The translations under genes and the position numbers were made by a program. A stretch of 64,000 nt of DNA, from assembly GCA_964057225.1 (NCBI GenBank), contig OZ059899.1, forward strand, positions 13,082,001 to 13,146,000. The letters are read 5' to 3'. How positions within the stretch are numbered: position 1 is the stretch's first letter; each line of letters opens with the position of its first letter. Of this stretch, positions 1 through 12,200 are shown piece after piece. The notes below the pieces were generated by a model. That model saw only the letters and a program-made list of their open reading frames with translations. It did not search any database and was not told the origin of the DNA. This stretch comes from Auanema rhodensis (Eukaryota > Animalia > Nematoda).

Positions 1-208
1 GGATCGACGATCGTACTATGTTTTTTTCGGCATTCAAGCTTTGACTAAAATACAGCTTCAGACATTGACGGATGCGATCCTTGTCAAAAGCCAATTCAAG
101 GAAAATAGCGAAAAATGAACAAAAAAACATAAAATCAATAACGATGCAGAATGTTGTTAAGAAAATTGGTAAGCTAGTACGGATTATATAACAACGATAA
201 ATACGCAC

Positions 209-3200
209 CTGATGGATTAATCTTCCTTGGGCATTCAAATTTCCATCAAAGTTCTGCAATCTACCGACTTGCATCATATCATCACACGCCTTGGGAACGA
301 CATGCATAACCTGGATTTGACAGATTACAATAAGAAAATTAAAACTAAAAGTGAACCTCTAAAGCCTTTTTGAGAGTTGTAGTATTATCTTTAGCACGTT
401 CAGTAAACTTGAGAACATCCTTCAACAATAGCTGATATTTCATAATGCGTTGCACAGGTTTAATTAGAAGATCACATAGAGCAACTTTGTGTCCTAGCTT
501 AGCCTTTGTTTCCGCGAAGAACTAAACATATTAATTAAATGAACGTATAAATTAATTATTATAATTGTAATATCATATCAAACAAAAGTAAAGATCACAA
601 ACAATACTCACCACTTCAAACTCATCTTGTGAAACTAAATAATCTGATTTCGGTTTGTTCTGACAATATTTAACGTATAGAGTATGAAGACGTCGTTCCT
701 ATAATTTCAATTTTGAAAACACAGAAATAATTAAAAAAAACTGACAAATTTAACAAAAGCGGCCCCAGCAGCGTCATAGTTCTCAATGCATTTCTCAATT
801 TCCTTTAAGAAAGAGCTGGAAGAGAAAAATTCATCATAATACATGAATTTTTTGATTACTTTTTATGGAAATCCAAAATTTGAGCAATATTAGCAAAGAT
901 GATCTTATCTTTGCCTTGAAGTTCAGCAGGTAACTCCATTTGATTCAGGTTAGCAATATATCCTTCTACAACTGAAGTCAGATCTTTTACATAATCTTGC
1001 TCAGTTTCTACAAGTTCCATCAAAACATAGCTGCAATTTAGATAAAATGAACAATGGATACAGAAAAAAAAGCTGATTGAAGTTTTTCAAGCATTGCTTA
1101 TAAGTTTTAACAACTTACTGTCTCTTAAATCGGGCAATTTCCTCGGGAGTCTTCTCTTGCTTTTCCGAGCTTTCCTCTTCAACTGATTCCCGAGCGACAC
1201 TCTGCTCACTCTGGTCCTCATTCTGAAATAAAGCCAATGTAATTAGCTACTATTCTTCCAATTCCACACTACTAGACACTCCTAGTTTGTTTCTCTCAAG
1301 TTCATTCTCAGCTCTTTGCGGGAACAATAATGCTATTCTTTTCTTCAAGGGAGAAGGAATGCAAAAGAATGGAATAAAACTTGAGCAAATGTGGAATCAG
1401 AAAAGGCAGGAGGAGCAATTCGCAAGCAACGCGAAATCATTCTAGACTTTCAATACTTAATTACAGAAAAATGTAATCTATTTAGGAGGAGAAGAGAAAG
1501 GCGAAAGAACACATAAGTTAGTATTGCTTGTTGTCAAGGGGGAATTCTCAAATTCTGTGTTGCCTAACCAATTCAGAATGCCACATAAATAAAATTCAAA
1601 ATTTGAAAAACAGAAAAGCAAAAGAGATGGGATGAGAAAACGTGAGCAACTCTACAACATATCAAAATGTTCATGTTAATTCAAACTAAAAAAACAGCAT
1701 TTCCTTCTTAGCAAACCCATTTATGAGATCACGGAAATCATTTTTCTTCGTAAGAGAAAAACAAAAGTTTGTAAAACATGAGCGAAGACATTCTATAAAC
1801 GATGAAAAAGAAAAAAAAGGGGTTCGAATTAATGAAAGTCTAGTATGTCATTTTGAGAGACATCTGTTAAGCTGACCACATTCAGAGTAACAGTGCCTTA
1901 GAGTTTTCATTTAGTAAAATAAGTCTTCTTCATTTGATATATCGCACCAAAATATATGAGTTGTTTATGATATGCTTCAAAAAAACAGACAAAACCTGCT
2001 CAACGAAAGCAGTGGGTAGAAGAGAATGAATGAGTGAATACTGGAATTGGCAACATGATAGAGGCGTCATAGAGAAAGCCAACTGAACAACAATTCGCGC
2101 AGGAAAACATCTAAGAGAAGGAAAGAAAGAAAACGTACCAAGTGAGCAGAATCGTTGTGTGAAATCTCTTCCATGGGTGGTGGTAGTCCTGTAATAAAAC
2201 TCATATATGCAGGTAAAATAATGACCATGTAAGCAGGAATATAAATAGCTGCATATAAACATTCACCCACCTTCTAAAGTCTCGTCGTCTACCGAATTAA
2301 CAGCTGGTACACTACTAACAATAAGGGGAACCTAAAAAATCGTTATTTCTACACATTAATTAGTAAACTCACTGTTCCAGTTTGTTGATTATCACCCGCT
2401 GTAGGACACCCAGAGAGCACTGTGCAGGATGATGAGCTCTAAAATTGCGAATATAACAAAAAAATAAATCAAAAATTAGACATAGGCGGTTAAAGATTAG
2501 TGATTAAGACAAACATGAAATTAAGACAAATTCAGGTAATATTAGTTAGGGACATTTAGGACATAGCATAGAACATATGATCATTAGGAGAAATATCAAA
2601 ACAAAACGGCCATATTGGAAAAACAAAATCAAATAATATCCAGACGGGCAACTTTTATGTTGTAGAAAATCTGGCACTTGCAACCATAATTTTGCTATGA
2701 CATAGGATATGCGATTTCAAAAAATAAGAAAGTTATAAAAGCTTTGTAAGAATAGTCAATGAATAGAGGTTTCGAGATTGAGGCCAGAATTGATTGTTAG
2801 TTGCATGCATAGACTTATAAGTAAACGAATATCAAGCTTCGAAAACAACATGGGGTCTAAATGCTCTACCTGACTGTCTGAATTAGTAACAGTGTTCCCA
2901 GAAAAAGATGACGAAGGAATTGAAGCTGATTGTTGTTGCAGTTGTGATTGATTACTGAAGTTATTCGTCTGTATGGTGCTGCTTGCCGAAAGACGGTGCT
3001 GAGGCTCCTTAGCTGAGTTGGCGAAGATTCGTCTGGAATGCGTCGACGGTCGAATTAGTTAGGAGAGAAGAGGAATAGCCCCCAAGCCTAGTTTTAGAAG
3101 GAGAAATAGAGAGAAAAGAAAGAAAGAAAGACAGAATGAGAGACTCCGCCCTTCTCATCGGCAGCGGCCCGTCGTCTGTCCCGTGTGTATGCCGTCGACG

Positions 3201-6200
3201 TCGTCGTATGCATGTGTCCCCCGTCCCTCCTTCCTCTCTCAGCCTAGTTCGCTGTCGAAACCCTTCTCTGCTACTACTGCTTCTCATCCTTCTTTTCCTC
3301 TCTTGCCACCCGTGCCCATCCCATCTTTCTCCTACTCCTCCTTCTCTTCTTCCTATTAAGTATAGCTGGGCGGCCGCCTCTCTCCACCCGATGTGCTATC
3401 GATCAGCATTATCTGGCAGCACCAGCAGCCGAGCTAATCTCTTCACTCTCTCTCGTGCTCAAATGCTATTTATTAGCGATGGAGACGTTTTCAGGCTTTC
3501 CACAGCTGCTAATCATTCTCTCTCCTCTTATCTTCTTCATAATAGCAACATCACGAAAGTTGAATACATGTAGGCTATTTTGATAATTAGTACTACGCTT
3601 ACCAAAAAAAAATATGGGAAGTCAGCGTCTTATATGAGATGAAATTTAAGACAGTGAATAAAGAAAAAACAACAGAAATATAATACTTAACAAAATGGTA
3701 TTGCTAAAAAGATTAGGCTCGGAAATATAATGACCTCTTTATTACAAAGTCATTATGAGAACATTAAAAAAGCCCGAAAAATGTTATGAAACGGCTAAAT
3801 AATTCGATGCAGAAATTCATATTCTCCTTATGAGCATGAAGCAATTTAATTTAACGAGGATTAGAGAATATTGAACGATAGAAAGCTCAGAAATATTTGA
3901 AAATTAACTAAAAAATCTAAAAAATAAAATAATGTAAATATATTCATAACTTCCAGAAATGAGAAAACAAGAGAAAATTCAAGTTAAACTATGCAACCCA
4001 TCATGTTTTCACATTCAGAAAACGTCCAAAACTTAATCGATAGACCATTGAGCCAAAGCAAAAAAAGTCTAGCAAGGAAATTTTACTACCAGTTTTTATG
4101 CTATTCAAAGCACTTTGTAAGGGGACAACTTAAGCCAAAAGAAACATTAAAATTACCTTATTTTTAGCAAATTTTCTTTGCAACGAGGTAGTATATTCGC
4201 ACAAGGCATTGTGAAGTTTCGATAAACAAAAAACGATCAAACTTTCTTCACAATAGCGGTTCATAAGACAAACGGAGGAAACACAATCAGAAGAATAGGT
4301 CGATTTTCCGAAAATCGTGTACGTTGTTTCGATCGACGCAAATCGACGGGCATGATTTCAAACGAGTTCCTTGTAGTGAATCGCACAACTTGCCCAACAT
4401 TTGCATGAATCATCCACAGACATACATAGGCGAACAGTGATCAATTCAGCTAACGTCGTCAAGAAAAGAAACAAAAAAAGCAAACAGCAATAAAATTGAC
4501 CTGTCAGCAAAATGAAGAAAGTTAATAAAATTGGTTTAACGAATTTAGAAACATCATGAGTGAGAAATGTTTCGTTGGTATAGAACCAGGCCAAAATTTA
4601 CAATATTAAACATACTACTCCGAAAAACAACACTCAATATAAAGAAGCTAATGACACATGGCCGAAGTGAATTCAGAGAAATACCAAACTATGGATTATC
4701 TATAATTCATATGCATACTAACTGCATTATAACAAGAGAATACGATTGGTGGTATTCATAAACTAAACAGCCTGCAGGGAAAGATATAAGCAGTTACATA
4801 TTATTACATTTTTTTCAATACATAGAGATATGACATCTGGATAAAGGAAATCCCTGTTCATATTTCAGCATATGCAACGGTTGATTCTGGGAAGATTAGC
4901 TATGCAAAAATAGCCTTGTTATGGAAAAGCATTAGAAGTGCAAATAAACGATTGTGTTGGCGCAAGTGGATATGAGCTGTAGTAAAACTTATTATCTACA
5001 AGGCAACGAAATAAAGCGGAAGAAAGTTGGCAAATAGTTGGTCGAGGTGAGGGGAGCAGTGAGCTTAGCCAATTTCGATTGGGGCCATGCAAATCCGCAT
5101 GGAATATGAAAATGTGAGCGGAGCAGCAGAGCGGGAGTTTCGTCGACAGAGGCTTAGCAGCGGCACGGACTTAGTCATGGTCTTTTTTGATAGTTATTGG
5201 GAGAGCCAAAGAGCACAAAAAAGAGCAAAGGCTCCGTTAGGAAGGGAATCTCCTAGCTGCTGCTTCTCTGCCGTTCAGTTCGAAATTGCAAAGCAAACAA
5301 CTCAGACAACATGCAAATGGAAAACAATCAAATCGTCGCTATCCGTATAAAGCCTTCAAAGCGCACACCGAACAACAACAAAAAAAGAAATAAAGCTTAG
5401 AACATCTTCTAATTCAAACAACGTAATGTAATAGGAAGTCCGACAAGAGCAACAGAATTTGGAGCACTATATGAGTTTCATATACTCCCCGTCAACCGAG
5501 GCATGTAGCTTGCGTGGAAGTGACAAAACATGCTACTTAGGAAAAATATATATATATTCATTTATATATATTATACATATTAAAGGTGATTGATTAATCT
5601 ATAGCTAACAGTATGCCAATTTAAGCAACCTCTATGTAAATATGAAATGACTATCGGCAACGTGAATTATCAATACAAATATCGTCATTTTCCAACAATT
5701 TACAAAAAAATCAATTCCATTGAAAAAGAATTTCAATAGGTGAAAAATTTAAAAATATACGAATTGAATTTAAGACTGCGCAAGAATAAAAAATTGACAA
5801 AAAATCTTATACACAGATATAAGCAAAAAACATGAATAAGTGAAAAAGAAGTATACGAAATATAAGTAGAGGGTTGGTGGTTTGTTTGGAACACGAGTGG
5901 AGCAGGCTTGTGGTGCCAATATGGTGAGATCGATACTACTACCTGCCCCCGTTTCAAACCACTTTCCACTTTTTGAAGAAAATAAATAGGAGAAAACAAA
6001 TTATTAGCATCGGTATTTCACCCGTAAGAACTAAACTAGAATACAAAAACAGAAATCCTAAACTATTAACCTAGATTTCATTGTGACAATATTAAAGGCA
6101 ATTGTGAAGTTGAAGTATGTATAGTTATTCTCACAACTAATGCGCTAACAGTCGCTAGACACAATCTCTTGTTCAATAAATTATACTCCAATTCACTACA

Positions 6201-9200
6201 CTTTCCTCCTTCATAGTTATGGTATTCATTGAAATTCTCCCATTTTCCTACATTTTCCAAGTTCTCTCTCCCTTCTTCTCTCTCTATCATAAAGAATAAA
6301 ACTTATAGACAGCCCGCCGGCAAAGAGAAGCCACGGCAGGCAAACATTATGTTTCAAGTGCACGCAGCAGAGCACCACAACCACTGGTAACCCCACACAA
6401 CGTGTCAATTCAGTACCTGCGCCTTTCAATAATAGAACCAAAGTATTGATTATTTTTTAAAATCAAAGTGATAACTCATACACCTCCCTCACGACAAAAA
6501 AAGCTATAATTCCCCCATGTTCGATAATATTTCAATAGGATAAAACACGTACCTGAGAGATTTCCGCTTAGTAACAGAATTCGAAGAACCAGGCTCGGGA
6601 CGATCTGTCGAAGAAGATGGTTGATCTGAAAATTAGACATTCATAACTTTTTCTCAATAAAGTTTTTAAGTTTTCTGTGAACTACCTATGCTACTAGTAG
6701 GCCCTAAGGTAGTCTTTTTTGGAGCGCATATAGGTCCTACATTATCTAATGTTGGACTACCAGTTGGTGAGGTATCACAAGATGCCCTCGACGATGAAGA
6801 AAACCATCTTTTTTTAATTGCAAAAGACCAGCGTTGCCGCTTACTGCCCTCCCTAGGTGTTTTAGGAGATTCCTTAGGAGGGTCTTTCTCTTCAGGATCA
6901 ACAGTTCGCGAACGGCGCATCATCTCCTAATTAGATACGCATGAAGTGAAAAATCAAAGCCAGAAAATTGGTAAAGAGATAATACAAAGAATAACCAGAA
7001 TGGATCACAAAGAAAACTATTATTAAATAAAAGAGCATTTTATCGAAAATAAAATTAGTCACTGGTAATATTTCGAAATGTTCGATAAAATGTTCAAAAA
7101 ATAGTTGTAATAAGATGATGAAACCAAAGCGAAACACGACATAGAAGAACAACGAGAGAGAAATTGAAATTTTCTCATGTTTAGCTCGGAAAAAAATCAA
7201 AAGCAACTCGTCAGATAATCGTAGTATATGAATCTAGTTAATATAATTTCTTAAACATCGTATAAAGCTGAACGAAATATGTCGTCACGTGGCTATGGTG
7301 GCTCACACCGTATCAACTTCGGAGTCTGTTTGCAGAGTGCGCACAGTGTGCTGCCACTGAGACTAGCTAACTGGTGGCAGTGGCAGAAGCATTCACAGAC
7401 ACTTTCGTCCAACAGGAAAAATCTCAATCATTATACATAGTATGAAAATATGTACGCATAACCATATGAGAATCGCAAAAAGGTGGAAACTTATGAAAAA
7501 TATAACTACTGAGGTAAAAACAAGTTTCATGATCGGAAAAAAAGTTCGGGACAGATAAGAGAAAGACAAGTCGGCAGTTGAATAGTAGACAGCACGAATC
7601 CATCATTTATTAACTTCACTACGGATTCCAGCAATCACCACGACACGTAAGCTATATATACGCAGCATTTTTGAGGAAAGCACTCTCCATTGACCACCAA
7701 ATAAACGATCAATGAAATCGTGATGGTTGTTGGAAACCAAGCCATGTGTTGAACTGATGAATGCCGAAAAAAACTTATTTTTTAAACAAAACAATAGTTA
7801 TAGCTATTGAACAGTGATAAAAAAACTAAGAGCGATATTTCAATAGAAAGAAAATCATGATCATTTTAATTTTCAATGTAATTTTTGAATTTAAAATAAA
7901 AACAAGATGTAGATATCTACTTCTCATTCATGAACATAGGCAACAAAACAGCGCAAGTGTGCTCTGTAAAGAAAAATAAAACAGACGCTGTGGGAAGCAG
8001 AGCCACTCAAAGTGTAGATTCTCCAACAATCTTGATCGATAGATTGCGATCAAAGACCTATCAACTTGTTTGATGCAGGCAACGTTCACTCGACTGGTAA
8101 CATCCCATCTTTTATTACAAGAATGGAGAAAGATGTATAATAAATACAGCATGGAGAAGAAAATTAGCTAAACGACTGAAGGTGAAACCAATTTCCTTTG
8201 AAAATGTAAGAGCAAGAAAAATAGACTTGAGATAAATATTGGTTGTCCACCTTATATGAATGAGAAAAAAATAAATCAGGCGTGAAAATCAGGTGAGAAA
8301 TTATGCAGTTTAATGCAAATCTTGTGTCCACATCGAACTTAAAGAAGATGAAGTGGGCACATTTTGACAAATATATTCATGATTTCCCTTCACTTATGCT
8401 TCAAATAAGCTGAGCATTGACGAAACAGAAAGTTAATAAATGAGGATCTAACGTCATAAATGGTATATGAATTAGAAAAGGACTAAAACTAAAACGAATC
8501 AATCGTATTAACAATGCAACTATGTGTTCACACTAAGCCGTTGCTGGCTGCTTTCACAAGAGAAAATCCTCATACACATATAACCCAGCACCTAAATAAA
8601 TGCCAAGTCTGGATGCTCAAAATAGTACGTAGCTGTCAAAATTTGTCAAAATGCATATATATTAAAAAAAAAGTGCTCGCGCAATAATATTTATAATTCA
8701 TATGAGAAGCTCGATGCTATGAAAATAGCTTGGATAGCCATCAGCGTATTATATTAGTATAAAACTAAACATCAGTAAAAGAGCATTTTCAACTAGAAAA
8801 TAAAATATATGAAGTTAAAAAATATTCGATAAGTACACATCAAACACTTTGTATATGCGTCATGACTTTGTGATGAAGATCAGGCTTCACCAACAATTGC
8901 GTTATCTACAATTGCATTCTAAGCCAGATTGGAAACAACAAGCCACATAACACGAAGAATTGATGACGGCAAGCGGGCAAGTAAAGGGCATAAACGAAGA
9001 GATGGTTGAAATCAATTTTACTAAAAGACAGAAGTTAATAATACAGGTAGTAGAATGAATGGGACAGAGTAACAGGTCGTTTTTAACCGGAAGTCATATT
9101 AAATTTCATTTTAAAGTATGAAACAATGTTGATAATACGACAATTTGGCATTGACAAACTAACTTGCTAATGAGTAAATTTTGGAAACTCAATAATGCCA

Positions 9201-12200
9201 TCCCGTTTACTTCATTAACATTTCGAACGATGCTGAAGCATGATCTGGTGAAGAGAGCAATTTAGAACACGAGAAAAACGAACAATTGCCCAAAAAGTAT
9301 ATTTCTAGTATTTAAAATGATATATAGCGTGTAAAATAGACAGTAGAGGAGGATAGACTAAGTTGTTCGAGGTTAAAAAGGAATCGGATAGAATGCTGGC
9401 TCATTTCCGTTCTCTTCTTAGAATTGTTTGACATACAATGGAAAGAGTCGGAGGGTCATTATTCATAATACAGCTATGTAAAACCATAGGAAATGAGTAA
9501 GATTCGAGTAAAATTCCTAGAACATAACCATTAGCTGATTGGAATAAATGAAGAAAGCGGTGACAGTCCACTAATCAAATTGTGAAGAGTGAAAGCATGT
9601 TCAAAGCTGGAGAACATGAATCAAACTAACAATAAAGACCAATTTAAACGGTGTTAATTCGATGAATAGAAAACAGGAGCAATAAACAGTTTAACGGGAA
9701 GGAAGAATTTTTCACACTAAAAATAAGATTTTTGTGGCAAAAATAGCATTACTACAAGTGTACCATTGTCTACCAATAATACAAAAAAGCAATGTTTTTC
9801 TGGAAAAAAAAAGAGTCAGTAATTTAACGGAATTGAGACTACAGGCGTTGAGTGTTAACACCTAACATCCATTGCCAGTTGCTTATACATTTATTTTCAT
9901 ATAGTATCCAGAAAATATATGAAAAACTGAAAATGTCCAACTTAATTCTTTTTCGCCCTAGAGCGAAGGTTGCAATGAGTAAATAAATTTCTGGTTTTTA
10001 TAATGAGTTCATCAATTATTAATCAAATAATACTAGACACCAAGCCAAATTGGTGAAATACAAAGCGAATGTACTACGCGCAGATGAAAATCAGGCACCA
10101 GGAAGAGCAAGACAGGAGCGACTGGTAAAGTACTTTTTTATAAAGCTACTTGATGCAAGGTGCCACTTTGGAGCTACTAGTACGTTGTGAGAATTTTAGA
10201 TAATTATTCTCTGCTAGTTTTTCGCGACAATATAAAAAAATGTAAACTAACCAGGCAGCAGTATGCTTGAAGGCACTAGTCCTGTTCGAGCATGATTATC
10301 AACAACAAAGACTTGGATCCAGTCGGTGGTATCAGAAGGTTGTTGCTCTACTATCTGAAAATAACTTGTCAGTACTCCCATGCTCAAATGAGGCATATGT
10401 TATATTCTAAACTATCGGTCTACTATTATTTCTTGACAACGATGCAAATATTTAAAGTGGGCTTAAATCAATAGAACAAAGAATAGACAAACATTAACCG
10501 CAGCATCTGTCATGAAACCCCCCTCCTCCACTTCCAAACTACTAAAAATTCAGCGCAATCTAACTGTCGTCACTCCTTGTTTCTCTCTGTTTTTATACAT
10601 TGACAAAGTAGTAAGAATTTTAAGATGAAATGAACTTTCATAAAATATCTTTGATTTCATATTAGCAGAGATGGTGAGCTACATTTGCAAGTAATGAACT
10701 GTGAAGTAATCAATACCACCCGGTAATCCATCTTACAATACTTGCTACTTACGAATAACCGGCTAGTTAGATAAAATATTATACACAGATGAAAATGCTA
10801 CATTGCCGAGTCAAATATACTTGTTAAACAGCAGTCAAACGACGTGGAATGAGCCATGCGCTGAATGCCAAACTCATTCACATATGACAGCTTGACGATT
10901 TAAGCATGGGAGACATTTTTCTGTTTCTTGTTACAATCTTATTTGATAGCACGAAGAACGACTTCACCTCAACTTTTTCGCCTTTCACCACAGCCAGTTG
11001 TCCCTCAGTTGTTGGTTGGAAATCTGAGCTGATAATCCATTGATCGACACCTTGCTGAAATACAGAATAATTATATAATACGAAAAAAATACTCTGATAT
11101 TTGTAATTCCACAAAGAAAGTGAGAACGATCCCCTGGTATAATAGCGAATTCTTTCGTTGCTATATGATAAAACTAAAAATTTCTATTCTCCTAGAAATC
11201 TTCTTTTCGCTAATATCTCATGTGCCTCATATTCAAGTCTCGACAACAAAAAAATCGTATCTAATTAACTGCAATTGGAAGTAATCTAGAGGAAGAGAGA
11301 CCTTAATAGCCATGCCATTTCTTATTCAACGACTTCCTCGACCCGCCGATTAGTGAGAAATATCAATATCGAGGATCCAATAAATAGTCATCATAAAAAA
11401 ACCTATTTGCAATGAAATAAAATCAACCCCGAAAGTTGTAGAAGTTCAACATTCCATGTTTTCAATGAAATAGCGGTTTCGTTTCGAAACTCAAAAAAAA
11501 CACAAACCGAAGAATTTGCTCGCCGCTGTTTTAGAGTAGGATAAGGCGATTCAGAAGATCGGAAAGAAGATGCTAGCTTAGTTCTAGCACGAGAATACAA
11601 ACTACCAGTACGGTTTCGAATGGAACGCCAAGATTTAGAATAAGTTAGCATTATTATTGTTGGAAATCAGAACCCAAACGAAAGAGTGCCGGCTTAAGGT
11701 ACACAAATAGAAATACAACTTGTTTGAACTAGTATACATGTAGCAATAGAATGAGAGGCGGGCCATATAGGGCAGAATAAAATAACCACGCCTCCACCTC
11801 CATGACTGAACGACATCAGTCACCGCAACAGCATGTGAGTGACTTTAATATTTGTCAAATACTAAAAATATAATGCTAATCCCGCTAAATACGTCATCCA
11901 GCATTATAAAATAGCAGAAACACACCTTTTTAGGAGCTCTTCGGATTTTCACAAATATCAAAATAATTTAAACTCACTTTTTTATTAACACAGCAAACAT
12001 ATTTTTCAAGCATCCTGATAGATCAAACGCAAGAATAGAGCATGGAAAGAAGAAGCGCAGTAGATTGCAAAGATTTTAGGAGGAATAGCAACCGTTTATG
12101 GTCAATTGTTTGGTGGTACTGAATAAGTATAGAGAAGAAAATTCTCCTCCTCAAGAAAACCGGTTATAATAAAAAAAATAGAATTTGTTGAAAATACTAG

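Noticed and set aside
3009-3573. ORFs 3136-3573 (+) and 3009-3287 (-) as independent genes
   Set aside because: Low-complexity translations of CT/GA-rich intronic sequence; no recognisable motif, and the minus ORF is out of frame with the unc-73 exon.
7345-7390. Hairpin CTGCCACTG/CAGTGGCAG containing a miR-34-like seed (GGCAGTG)
   Set aside because: The rest of the sequence does not match mature miR-34 and the stem is too short for a pre-miRNA.
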